A DNA stretch of 64,000 bases from an uncultured Acidobacteriota bacterium (lineage in GTDB: Bacteria; Acidobacteriota; Vicinamibacteria; Fen-336), in contig CAVUFF010000010.1 in NCBI GenBank assembly GCA_963740655.1, forward strand, positions 29,361 to 93,360. The letters are read 5' to 3'. Below the pieces are notes generated by a model that had not been told where the DNA came from, searched no databases, and saw only the letters and a program-made list of their open reading frames with translations. A program made the translations under genes and the position numbers. The first letter of the stretch is position 1; each line of letters begins with the position of its first letter. Of the stretch, positions 27,477-43,718 are shown piece by piece.

Positions 27477-29817
27477 CTAGTCCTTGGCCTCGGCGGAGTG
27501 CGGCTCGAGCGGCCAGACCTTCGACTGTAGCGTCACGCTCACCTTGCCTCCCTGGCTCTGCAGGTAGGCGATCACGGCCAGGATCTCCTGGTCGGTGAGG
27601 CCGATCGGCGGCTTGTTGATCACCGGCATGCCGGGGTTGAAGCCGGGCACGATGAAGGCGCTCGGGTCGTAGATCGACTGCGCCAGGTAGTCGACGTCGG
27701 AGAGGCCCGGCCGCCGCGTCGCGGCGCGCGAGCCGATCCCCGCGAGGTCGGGAAAGCGCAGGGCGCCCGACTTGCCGAAGGTGTGGCAGGTGGTGCAGAG
27801 GCCCTTGCCCTCCATGATGTCCCTGCCGGCCTTGACGAGCTCGTCCTGCGTCATCTCCTTCTTGAGCTCGGTCTCCTTCGGCGGGAAGACCTCCTTCTGC
27901 GGCACCAGCTGCCCCACCAGCGTGTAGAAGCCGGTGGCTCCCACGGTCAGCAGCAGGATGCGGACCCCGACCGGCACCCTCACGCGCTCTCCTTGGCGGG
28001 GGACTTGTCGGTCGGAGAGGCTCGCGAGCCAGAACACGAAGCCGATCAGCAGGAAGAACAGCAGCACGGTCACCGACACGACGCGCGTCGCGAAGCCCAG
28101 CGTGGGCGTGAAGGCATCGACCGAGGTGTCGCGCATCACGCCGTAGACGTGCCAGTGCTGGCGCAGCCCGGAGCGCACGTAGCCCATGAGCCCCATCAGC
28201 CAGGTGAAGGTGACCGCCAGGAAGATCAGCACGTACTGCGAGACCGGGTTGATGCGCCCCCAGTGCGTCTCGCCCAGGCTCTTCGCGTTCCTGTACATCA
28301 GCACGTCGATCGCGGTCACCGAGACCATCGCGAACAGCACCGAGCCCACCTGCGGCACCGAGAAGCCGATGCGCACCTTGGCCTCGACGAAGTAGCCGTA
28401 GACGCCGAGGAACAGCACGGTCGCGCCCGCCGCGAGCGCGATCACGACCTGGAGCGCGTTGCCGAGCTTCGCCCACGATACCGTCGGCGTGCGGCCCGAG
28501 CGTCGGTAGAGCAGGAAGCTCACGTAGGTGGTCAGGATCAGGATGTTGACCGCCGTGTTCTTGGCCGACATCACGCCGAAGTAGCCGAGCTGCGGGTGGG
28601 AGCCTCCGCCCATCGCGCGCGTCTCCGACACGGTCGCGATGATCGAGCGCGGTGTCGCCCACACCGCGAAGCAGAGTCGCGATCAGGATCAGCAGGAACT
28701 TGATGTAGCCCTGGAAGCGGTCGGAGGCCTGCACGCGGCCCATCCCGAGCCACAGGTAGTAGTTCGCGCCCAGGAACAGGTTCCCGATCAGGATCGCCTG
28801 GATGATGAAGAGCCAGGAGAAGGCACCTCCCATCATCGTGAGCCCGAGCGTCTGCGAGTAGGCGTAGATCTCGGAGGCGAGCCAGTAGCCGGCGAAGGGC
28901 AAGGGCAGGAACGCGCAGATCGCGACGAAGTTGCCGATGTAGCCCATCCAGTCGTAGTGGGCCCGCTCCTCGTCCGTCGTCGCGTTCAGGAACTTGAAGG
29001 CCGCGTAGGCGGCCGCCACCGAGCCGCCGAAGGCGACGTTCGCGATGATGCGGTGGATGTTGATCGGCATCCAGGTGTAGTTGTGGACGGCCGCCCAGGT
29101 GCTGATCACGGCGCCCGACTCGGAGACGCCGGCCGGCGTCGTCATGAAGGTGAGCCACGAGTTGGCGATCAGCATGATCGCGGTGCCGACGATGTTCAGC
29201 CCGAGCCCGAGCAGCAGGTGCGTGACGGGGGAGAACTTCCCCCAGCCGTAGTAGTAGGTGTACAGGAAGAACGCCTCGGCGAAGAACAGCAGCACGTAGG
29301 GCGCGAACGTCGGCGAGAACACGTGCATCAGGTAGTTCATGAACTTCGGGTAGAGCAGCACCAGCATGAAGAGCAGGAACGCCCCGAAGGTCGCGGTGAG
29401 CGAGAACGACACGGACAGGAGCTTGGTGAACTCGTGCGCCAGCTCGTCGTAGCGCTCGTCCCCGTTCAGCCAGCCGATGAACTCGATGATCAGGGCGAAC
29501 AGCGGCACCGCCAGCACGAAGGCGGCGAACAGCAGGTGCAGCTGCGCCAGCACCCAGACGGCGACGCGGCTGCCGACCACCGGAAAGCGCCGATAGGTCT
29601 CCTCGACGTAGGGCTTCTCGCGGTCGGCCTTCGCCTTGGCCGCCGCCTCGTCCTGGAGCGCCTGCGTGCGCGGCGTGAGCTGGGCCTGGTCGGAGCGCTC
29701 GGGTGCCCTGTACTCGGTGCTGAGCACGAAGCGCACGAGCCCCGCCGTGGCGGCGAACGCGATCGCCACCACCACGAGCGAGACGATCGCGACCCTGGCG
29801 TTCAGCCGGCCCGTCAC
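27477..29817 (-). pseudogene. Cytochrome bd quinol-oxidase subunit I (CydA)-like polytopic protein fused to a C-terminal cytochrome c; one +1 frameshift
   Basis: GTG 29817 in a GTGA overlap with the upstream stop. 'GSRVAVWVLAQLHLLFAAFVLAVPLFALIIE' and 'FFAEAFFLYTYYYGWGKF..LIANSWLTFMTTP' align by eye to CydA helices 1-4. The frame changes near 28660-28672 ('..LILIATLL|AVWATPRSIIATV..'). The C-terminus carries 'GKGLCTTCHTFG'. Length is 2341 nt (3n+1). Confidence 0.75.
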
Positions 29818-30386
29818 TTCGCCGTCCCCTGCGCCTGGCGCTGCTGCTCCATCTCGCGGACGTGCGCGATGATCGCCCAGCGGTCGGCGGGCGGGACCTG
29901 CCAGCGGTAGGACGGCATCAGCCCCTGCCCGTTCGCGATGACGTTGAAGATGTGGCCGTCCACCGCGTTCAGCACCTTCGGGTCGTGGAGCGAGGTCGTC
30001 GGCACCCCGCCGCGCTGGGCGAGGACACCCTTGCCGTCGCCGCGCGGGTCGTGGCAGGGGCGGCAATAGATGTTGTAGCGGTCGGCGCCGCGCGCGAGGA
30101 GCTCGGGCGTCGCCGCCACCGGCGAGCGGGCGAGGTCCTGGCCCTTGTCGTCCTTGCCCTCGAAGAAGGCCCGGTCCTCGCGCAGCTCGCCGCGGGCGAC
30201 GGTCCCCGGCACCGGCGCGCGCATGTTGGCGCCGTCGTAGAAGAAGTCGCTCTCGGACTGCGGCCGCGCCTTGGGCTGGCTGAACATGCTGTAGTTCGGG
30301 TGGATCGGCGGCTTCGTCGAGGTCATGCCGCGACAGGCGCCAAGCGCCAGCACCAGGGCCAGCAGCAGCAGCTTGCGATCAGGCAT
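29814..30386 (-). CDS. ActE-like monohaem cytochrome c lipoprotein
   Basis: 190 aa. Lipobox 'LALGAC' and CRPCH. 'GTVARGELREDRAFFEGKD' and 'MPSYRWQVPPADRWAIIAHVR' parallel module-3 ActE ('GTVARGTLREDAAFFTGKD', 'MPDYAAQIVPADRWAIAAYVR'). It overlaps the actB end by 8 nt. Confidence 0.8.
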   Translation of the reverse strand: MPDRKLLLLALVLALGACRGMTSTKPPIHPNYSMFSQPKARPQSESDFFYDGANMRAPVPGTVARGELREDRAFFEGKDDKGQDLARSPVAATPELLARGADRYNIYCRPCHDPRGDGKGVLAQRGGVPTTSLHDPKVLNAVDGHIFNVIANGQGLMPSYRWQVPPADRWAIIAHVREMEQQRQAQGTAK

Positions 30387-33336
30387 GGCCCTTTTCCTCG
30401 CCTGGAGGCTCGGCCGCGGCGAGCGCCGGGTGCGGGTTGCGCAGGCGGGCCTGGTAGGTCGTGCGCGGGCGCGTGTTGAGCTCCGCGAGCAGCGCGTAGG
30501 TGCGGTCGTTGGCGCGGGCCTTCGCGACCTTGCTCTCGAGCTGCGTGAGGTCGCCGAACTGGATCGCCTCCGCGGGGCAGGCCTGCTGGCAGGCGGTCCT
30601 GGCGTCGCCGTCCTTGAGCTCGCGCCCGCCGAGCCGCGCGTCGATCTTGGCCGCGGAGAGCCGCTGCACGCAGTAGGTGCACTTCTCCATCACGCCGCGC
30701 GCGCGCACCGTCACGTCGGGATTGTTCGCGAGCTTCAGGACGCGCGGGGTGTCCTTCGTGTAGTTGAAGAAGTTGAAGCGGCGCACCTTGTACGGGCAGT
30801 TGTTGGAGCAGTAGCGCGTGCCGATGCAGCGGTTGTAGACCATCGCGTTCAGGCCCTCGGCGTCGTGGACCGTGGCCGCGACGGGACACACCTGCTCGCA
30901 CGGGGCGTTCTCGCACTGCATGCACGGCACCGGCTGGAACGCTGCGGTCGGGTCGGCGGGCTCGCCGGTGAAGTAGCGGTCGATCCGCAGCCACGCCATC
31001 TCGCGGCCGCGCCGCACCTGGTCCTTGCCGACCACGGGCACGTTGTTCTCGCTCTGGCACGCGACCGCGCACGCGTTGCAGCCCGTGCAGGCGTTGAGGT
31101 CGATCACCATGCCCCACTGCGGGCTCTTCTTGTACTCGTGCTCGGGCCAGAGCTGGAACAGCTCGGTCTGCTCGGTCGCGAAGCCCGGCTGCTTGCGATA
31201 GTGCTCGAGCGTCGCCTCGCGGATGATCGGCCGGCCCTCCATCGAGCCGTGGTCCTGGGTCTGCGAGACGGGGTAGCGGCGGCCGGCGGGTGCGAGCTTG
31301 ACGTCCGTCGCGAGGTCCGCGGCTGCCGCCATGCGCAGCGCGAACGCGTCGAAGCCGACGCCGCTGCCGACGCGGCCGGCCTTGGCGCGCCCGTAGCCGA
31401 GGTAGAGCGCCAGCGTGCCGTCGGCCATGCCGGGCACGCGCAGCACCGGCAGCTCGAGGCTGCGCCCTCCCACCTCGAGCTTGACGACGTCCTCGTCCCG
31501 GAGGCCCTTCGCGGCGGCCGTTGCCGGGCTCACGAGCAGCGGGTTGTCCCAGGTCGCCTTGGTGACCGCGTCCGGCAGCTCGTGCAGCCACGCGTTGTTC
31601 GCGCTCGCGCCGCCCTCGAGCTTGGGACAGGCCTGGAACACGAGCTCGAGCTCTCCCGCTCCGGCTGAGGCGGCGGCCGCGGCCAGCTCGCCGAGCGTTC
31701 CCGGCTTGAGCTCGAGCGTCACGCCCGGCAGCGCGGTCTCGGGCAGCACGCCGTCGTGCAGTACGCGGTTCCAGCGCTTCTCGAACTCGGCGTCGCCCAG
31801 CACCCCGCGCCACGTCTCCTGCACGAGGTCGTAGCCGGGCTTGTCCTCGCCGCTCGCGAGCAGGCCGACGAGCTCGACGACGCTCTTGGCCCCGTAGAGC
31901 GGCAGGATCAGCGGCTGCACGACCGAGAGCGTGCCGCAGCGCGCGCGCGCGTCGCCCCACGACTCGAGGAAGTGCGCGCTCGGGAGGTGCCAGGACGCGA
32001 GCGCCGCCGTCTCGTCGAGGTGGCTGCCGAAGTGGACGAGCTCCTCGGCCTTGGCCGCCGCCGCCTTCCAGTCGAGGTCGGCGGGCGCGTCGTAGGCGGG
32101 GTTGCCGCCGAGGACGACGAGCGTCCTGACCTTGCCGCCCTGCAGCGCCGCGACCAGCTCGACCAGGCTCGCGGGCGACGGCAGCAGCGCGTCGACCGGC
32201 TCGCGGTACTCGACGGTCGTCCCGACGTTGCCGAGCGCGGCGTTGAGCGCGACCACGGCGGCGTGCACGGCCGCCGGCTGGCGCGGGCCCGCGACGATCA
32301 GCGACTCGGCGCGCTTCGCGAGCAGGTCGTCGGCGAGCGCCTTGAGCCACGCGGGGTCGAGGCCGGCCACATCCGGCGCGGCCGCAGCGTCGAGCGCGAG
32401 GCCGCCCTTGCGCAGCTCGGCCGCGAGCGCCGCGACGAAGGCCGGGATGCGCCTCGCGGGCAGCCGCAGCCGGTGGTCGGCGTTGGCGCCGGTGACCGAG
32501 AAAACGGCCTCGACCGCCCACAGCCGGCTCATCGAGTCGCCCGGCTTCGAGACGCGCCGCCCGGCGGCGAAGCCGCGCGTGTGGCGGATCATCTCCGGAT
32601 CGGCGAGCAGCAGGTCCGCGTCGAGCGCGAGAATCGCCTTTGCCTTGTCGAGGTGCTGGACCGACAGCAGCGGCCGGCCGGCAGCGCGAGCGACGCCCGC
32701 GAGCGCGTTGGCCTCCGACACCGGCGCGTAGCACGCGACGCGCGCCTTCGGGTAGGCCTTCTGGAACGCCGCGAGCTGGCGCGCGAGCGTGGGCGAGGCC
32801 TGCGGCGTCGCGAGCAGCGCCAGCGTCTCGCCGCCGTCCGCCGCGTGCGCCTTCGCGCGCTCCTTCCAGGCCGCCACGAAGTCCGCCCAGCTCGATGGCT
32901 CGCCTCGCTTCAGCACGGCCTGCGAGCGGTCCGGGTCGTAGAGGTCGAGGATCGACGCCTGCACGCGCGCGCTCGAGGCCCCGAGGCTCGCCGGGTGCAG
33001 CTCGTTGCCTTCCACCTTGGTGGGCCGCCCCTCGTGGCTCTCCACCACCAGGCCGTAGGCGCTCGTCCCGTTCGGCATCGTGGTCGCGTAGTGGCGCGGC
33101 ACGCCGGGCATGATCGACTCGGGCGGCTCCACGTACGGGACGATGTGCTCCTCGGGCCGGCGGCACGCCACCAGGCCCGCCGCGCCCGCCGACGCCCCGA
33201 GCAGCGTCAGGATCGTGCGCCGGGTCACGGCGTCGGGCGGCTCGGAGGCGTCCGCGGGGAACTCCCGCTCGCGGAACGCGCGCGCCTCGGGGCTCTCTTC
33301 GAGCTCGCCGAGGCTGCGCCAGGGGGTGTCGCTCAC
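30379..33336 (-). CDS. actB: ACIII subunit ActB (molybdopterin-oxidoreductase-like + 4Fe-4S domains), TAT-exported
   Basis: 985 aa from GTG 33336 (GTGA overlap with the actA stop). TAT signal 'VTRRTILTLLGASAGAAGLVA'. FeS motifs 'CTGCNACAVACQSENN', 'CMQCENAPCEQVCP', 'CIGTRYCSNNCPYKVRRFN' and 'KCTYCVQR'. Confidence 0.9.
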   Translation of the reverse strand: MSDTPWRSLGELEESPEARAFREREFPADASEPPDAVTRRTILTLLGASAGAAGLVACRRPEEHIVPYVEPPESIMPGVPRHYATTMPNGTSAYGLVVESHEGRPTKVEGNELHPASLGASSARVQASILDLYDPDRSQAVLKRGEPSSWADFVAAWKERAKAHAADGGETLALLATPQASPTLARQLAAFQKAYPKARVACYAPVSEANALAGVARAAGRPLLSVQHLDKAKAILALDADLLLADPEMIRHTRGFAAGRRVSKPGDSMSRLWAVEAVFSVTGANADHRLRLPARRIPAFVAALAAELRKGGLALDAAAAPDVAGLDPAWLKALADDLLAKRAESLIVAGPRQPAAVHAAVVALNAALGNVGTTVEYREPVDALLPSPASLVELVAALQGGKVRTLVVLGGNPAYDAPADLDWKAAAAKAEELVHFGSHLDETAALASWHLPSAHFLESWGDARARCGTLSVVQPLILPLYGAKSVVELVGLLASGEDKPGYDLVQETWRGVLGDAEFEKRWNRVLHDGVLPETALPGVTLELKPGTLGELAAAAASAGAGELELVFQACPKLEGGASANNAWLHELPDAVTKATWDNPLLVSPATAAAKGLRDEDVVKLEVGGRSLELPVLRVPGMADGTLALYLGYGRAKAGRVGSGVGFDAFALRMAAAADLATDVKLAPAGRRYPVSQTQDHGSMEGRPIIREATLEHYRKQPGFATEQTELFQLWPEHEYKKSPQWGMVIDLNACTGCNACAVACQSENNVPVVGKDQVRRGREMAWLRIDRYFTGEPADPTAAFQPVPCMQCENAPCEQVCPVAATVHDAEGLNAMVYNRCIGTRYCSNNCPYKVRRFNFFNYTKDTPRVLKLANNPDVTVRARGVMEKCTYCVQRLSAAKIDARLGGRELKDGDARTACQQACPAEAIQFGDLTQLESKVAKARANDRTYALLAELNTRPRTTYQARLRNPHPALAAAEPPGEEKGHA

Positions 33337-33980
33337 CGGTGGCACCCCGAGCAGTCGGTCGGCGGGTGCACGGGCCGCAGCGACGCGATCTGGCGCGCAT
33401 GGGCTTGCGGATCGCGTGCCGGCTTCCAGGACATGTTCGTGATCTCCGTGAGCGGCCGCAGGTTCGGCGTCGGGTTCCTGTGGCAGTCGAGGCACCAGCC
33501 CATGCTGAGCGGCTCGACCTGGTGCACGACCTCCATCTCCTCCACGTGGCCGTGGCAGCTCACGCAGCCGACGCCGGCCCCCACGTGGGCGCGGTGGTTG
33601 AAGTAGGCGTACTCGCCGAGCTTGTGCACGCGCAGCCAGCGCATCGGCTTGCCGGCCTTCAGGCTGTCGCGGATCGGCGCGAGCGACTCGGCGTTGCGCG
33701 CGACGAGCAGGTGGCAGTTCATGCACACCTGCGTTGGCGGCACGTTCGCGACCGCGGACTTCTCGACCGAGACGTGGCAGTAGCGGCAGTCGATCTGCAT
33801 CTCGCCCGCGTGCAGCTTGTGGCTGTAGGGCACGGGCTGGACCGGCTGGTAGCCGACGTCGGTGAAGCGGGGCGAGAAGTAGTACCAGACGAAGCCCACG
33901 GCCGCTGCGGGCAGGACGAGGGCCAGGAGCCCGAGCACGAGCGGAAGCCGGTTAGCCGACTGGGGGAAGATCTGCGCCAA
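33333..33980 (-). CDS. actA: ACIII subunit ActA, membrane-anchored pentahaem cytochrome c
   Basis: 215 aa with an N-terminal TM helix. Five CxxCH motifs: CRYCH, CMNCH, CVSCH, CLDCH, CSGCH. Confidence 0.9.
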   Translation of the reverse strand: MAQIFPQSANRLPLVLGLLALVLPAAAVGFVWYYFSPRFTDVGYQPVQPVPYSHKLHAGEMQIDCRYCHVSVEKSAVANVPPTQVCMNCHLLVARNAESLAPIRDSLKAGKPMRWLRVHKLGEYAYFNHRAHVGAGVGCVSCHGHVEEMEVVHQVEPLSMGWCLDCHRNPTPNLRPLTEITNMSWKPARDPQAHARQIASLRPVHPPTDCSGCHR

Positions 33981-34143
33981 AGATGCCTACCCGCGTCCAG
34001 AGGTCTCGGTGAAGTACAGCTGGCCCTCCCCAAATCGTCTGGTGGTGTCGAGCGGCGCCGAGAATACTTCGCCCCCGAAGGTGAAATCAAGGCCGCGTCG
34101 GCTGTGGTAGGCTGCGCCTCATCCGCTACAAGGAGGCAGGCTC

Positions 34144-34919
34144 TTGGAAATCCTGAGCGCCCTTTCCCGCTGGGTCCACGTGCTCGCCGGTATCGTCTGG
34201 ATCGGGATGCTGTATTTCTTCAACTTCGTCAATGGCCCGTTCCAGGGCACGCAGGACGGCGAGACGAAGAAGAAGGTGAATCCCGAGCTGCTCCCGCGTG
34301 CCCTCTGGTGGTTCCGCTGGGGCGCGGCCTGGACCTGGGTAACCGGCGTGATCCTGCTGGTGCTCGTCTTCTACCACGGCGGTATCACGCTCGAGCCGGG
34401 CCGCGACTCGGCGGTCGCGGCGCACGTGATGATCGCGGTCGTGTTCCTCGCGACGTTCCTCTACGACGCGCTGCACAAGAGCCCGCTCGGCAAGGACCCG
34501 AAGACGTTCGGCGCCGTCGCGTTCGCGCTGGTGGCGGTCGTCGCCTTCCTGATGGCGAGCTGGGGCGGCTTCTCGTACCGCAGCTACAACATCCACCTCG
34601 CGGCGATGTTCGGCACGATCATGGCGTGGAACGTCTGGTACCGGATCTGGCCGGCGCAGCAGAAGATCATCCGCGCGCTGAAGGACGGCGCCGCCCCCGA
34701 CGCCGCGCTCGTGGCGCTCGCGGGCGCCCGCTCGCGCCACAACACCTACATGTCGGTGCCGCTCGTCTGGGGCATGATCAACTCGCACACGACCTACTTC
34801 GCCGGTGGCAACCTGGGCATCCCCGAGGCGTGGGCCTTCGTCGTGTTCCTGCTGGTGGTGCTCGTCGGCTGGCACATCGTGTGGCAGCTCTACAAGCGCG
34901 CGGGCAAGGTCAAGGGCTT

Positions 34920-34923
<4 letters not shown>
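34144..34923 (+). CDS. Polytopic membrane protein, urate-hydroxylase PuuD N-terminal-domain-like (no cytochrome c domain)
   Basis: 259 aa, TTG start 7 nt after AGGAGG. '[22 protein letters not shown]' and '[16 protein letters not shown]' resemble the PuuD/Urate_ox_N membrane family as I recall it. Family assignment is tentative. Confidence 0.45.
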
Positions 34924-37772
<2,849 letters not shown>

Positions 37773-37804
37773 CGAATCGCCTCCGAAGGGTTGGGGCTGC
37801 CCGC

Positions 37805-39344
37805 TCACTTCATCTGCGGGAAGCCGAGGTTCACGCCGCGGTGGTGAGGATCCGGCCAACGGCTCGTGACGACCTTGCCGCGCGAGTAGAAGTGGATGCC
37901 CTCGCGGCCGTGCACGTGCGAGTCGCCGAAGAGCGAGCTCTTCCAGCCACCGAAGGAGTAGTAGGCCATCGGCACCGGGATCGGCACGTTCACGCCGACC
38001 ATGCCGACCTGGACCTCGTTCTGGAAGCGGCGCGCGGCGCCGCCGTCGTTCGTGAAGATCGCGACGCCGTTGGCGTAGCGGTTCGCGTTCACGAGCGAGA
38101 TCGCCTCGTCGTAACCCGCGGCGCGCACCACGCTCAGCACGGGCCCGAAGATCTCGTCTCGGTAGATCGACATCTCGGGCCTGACGCCGTCGAACAGGCA
38201 GGGGCCCAGGAAGAAGCCCTGCTCGTGGCCCGAGATCCGGGTCTTGCGGCCGTCCTCGAGCAGCGTCGCGCCTTCCTGCTCGCCCTTGTCGACGTACGAG
38301 ACGACGCGCGCGTGGTGGTCCTTCGTCACGAGCGGCCCCATCTCGGCGCCCGGCTCGTCGCCCGGCGCCGACCTTCAGCTTTCGGATCCGCTCGCGAATC
38401 TTCGGCAGCAGCCGCTCGGCCACGTCGCCGACCGTGACCAGCACCGAGATCGCCATGCAGCGCTCGCCCGCCGAGCCGTAGGCCGCGCTCACGGCCGAGT
38501 CGGCGGCGAGCTCGAGGTCGGCGTCGGGCAGCACGACCATGTGGTTCTTGGCGCCGCCCAGCGCCTGCACGCGCTTGCCGTTCTTCGTGCCGGTCTCGTA
38601 GATGTGCTTCGCGACCGGCGTCGAGCCGACGAAGCTCACCGCGGCGATCGCCGGGGTGGTGCAGGATCGCGTCGACCGCGGTCTTGTCGCCGTGGACGAC
38701 GTTGAAGCACGCCCGGCGGCAGGCCCGCCTCCGCCAGCAGCCGCGCGCAGAAGTTCGCGGCCGAGGGGTCCTTCTCGGAGGGCTTGAGCACGAAGGCGTT
38801 GCCGCACGCGATCGCGATCGGGTACATCCACATCGGCACCATGGCCGGGAAGTTGAAGGGCGTGATGCCCGCCACGACGCCGAGCGGCTGGCGGATCGAG
38901 TAGCTGTCGACGTCGGTCGAGACGTTCTCGGAGAACTCGCCCTTCAGCAGCTGCGGCACGCCGCAGGCGAACTCGACCACCTCGAGCCCGCGGTTCACCT
39001 CGCCGAGCGCGTCGGCGGCGACCTTGCCGTGCTCGCGGGTCAGGATCTCGGCGATCTCGTTCTTGTGCTTCTCGACGAGCTCGCCGGAACGCGAACAGCA
39101 CGCGCGTGCGCGTGGCGAGCGACGCCTCGCGCCACGACTGAGCGGCCTTTGTCGCCGAGGCGACGGCGGCCTCCACCTCCTCGAGCGCGGCGAAGGCGAC
39201 GCGCGCCTGCTGCCGGCCGGTCGCCGGGTTCATCACGGCGCCCCAGCGCTCGACCGGTCCCTCCCAGCTGCGGCCGCCGATCCAGTGGCGGACGTCGATC
39301 AGCGACGTGCCTGCGCCGGGGTACGCTTCGATCGTGGCGGCCAT
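37805..39344 (-). pseudogene. mmsA: Methylmalonate/malonate-semialdehyde dehydrogenase (CoA-acylating), 4 frameshifts
   Basis: Fragments in three frames read continuously: '[19 protein letters not shown]', '[46 protein letters not shown]', '[17 protein letters not shown]', '[27 protein letters not shown]' and '[23 protein letters not shown]'. Frame changes at about 39084, 38707, 38655 and 38362, each consistent with +1. Length is 3n+1. Confidence 0.85.
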
Positions 39345-39426
39345 GTTTCACCTCGTCCACAACGAACTGAAGGCCTTCCGGGGGGCGCTCTGCCGCCGCG
39401 CCCCCCGGGCCCCCCTGGGCGGTGCG

Positions 39427-40774
39427 TTAGTCTGTCACCGCCCGGTCCGTGATCTCGAGCGCCTCGTCGATCGTGTGTAGCCCTTCCTCGAGCTGGGCCT
39501 CCGTCACCGTGAGCGGCGGGTTGGTGAAGAACGTGTTCCAGCGCACGAACGTGTAGAGGCCGTTGTCGCGGAAGAAGCGAGAGAGCGCCGCCATCTCGTC
39601 GGAGCTGCCGCCGTACGGCGCCATCGGCTCGAACCTCGTGCGGCTCCGGACGAGCTCGAACATGCCGAAGAGGCCGATCGAGCGCGTGGCGCCGACGGAC
39701 GGGTGCTTCTTCTCGAGCTCGAGCATCCGCTCGCCGCAGGACCTTGCCCATCCGCGCGGCGTTGTCGATCAGGCCCTCGTCCTCGTAGACGGCGATCGTG
39801 GCGAGCGCCGTGGCGCAGGCGAGCGGGTGGCTGTTGTAGGTGAGCCCGCCCGGGAAGGCGCGCTCCTGGAACGCCTTCACCAGCGCCGGCCGCAGCCCGA
39901 CCGCGCCGAGCGGCACGTAGGCGGAGGTGATGCCCTTCGCCATCGTGAGGATGTCGGGCACGACCTTCCAGTGGTCGACGGCGAACCACCTGCCGGTGCG
40001 CCCGAAGCCCGACATCACCTCGTCGGCGATCAGCAGGATGCCGTGGCGGTCGCAGATCTCGCGCACGCCCTGCAGGTAGCCGTCGGGCGGGATCAGCAGC
40101 CCATTGGTGCCGACCACCGTCTCCATCAGGAACGCCGCGATGTTCGAGGCGCCCTCGTAGCGGATCACGTCCTCGAGCTCGCCGAGCGAAGCCTCCACCG
40201 GCTCCGGCTCCTTGCGCGCCCACTTGTGGAACTCCGGCGCGCGCACGATGCCGGGCAGCCCCGGCTCGGCCGCCCAGCGCCGCGGGTCGCCAGTGAGCGA
40301 GATGGCACCCGCGGTCCCGCCGTGGTACGAGCGGTAGCGCGCCAGCACCTTGTGGCGTCCGGTCGCGACGCGCGCGACGCGGATCGCGTTCTCGTTGGCT
40401 TCGGCGCCGCCGTTCGTGAAGAAGAAGCTGGAGATGTCGCCGGGCGCGATCTCCGCGAGCTTCGCGCCGAGCCGCGCGCGCGGCTCGGTGGCCAGGAACG
40501 GGTTGGCGTACGCGAGGACCGCGGCCTGGTCCTGGATCGCCTTGACCACCCTCGGGTGCGAGTGGCCGACGTTCGAGCACATCAGCTGGCTGTTGAAGTC
40601 CAGGTAGCGCTTGCCCTCGGGCGTGTAGAAGTAGACGCCCTCCGCGCGCGCGACCGGGATCGGGTCGGCCTTCGACTGTGGCGACCACTCGTAGATCGTG
40701 TGCTGGCGGCATAGGCGGACGATCTCCTCGCCGGTCATCGTGGGAGCAGCTGTGGCCTGGCTCATCTTCAGCAC
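39427..40774 (-). pseudogene. Class III (omega/beta-alanine-pyruvate type) aminotransferase, 1 frameshift
   Basis: 'YLDFNSQLMCSNVGHSHPRVV', 'FFFTNGGAEANENAI', 'LLIADEVMSGFGRTG' and 'DILTMAKGITSAYVPLG' (PLP Lys). The frame changes near 39736 ('MGKVL|GERMLELEKKHPSVG'). Length is 3n+1. Confidence 0.85.
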
Positions 40775-40789
40775 CTCTGCGACCGCCGG

Positions 40790-43675
<2,886 letters not shown>

Positions 43676-43718
43676 GCGCGCCGGTGGGTGTTACCGTTCG
43701 ACACGGGAATGCAGCGAT

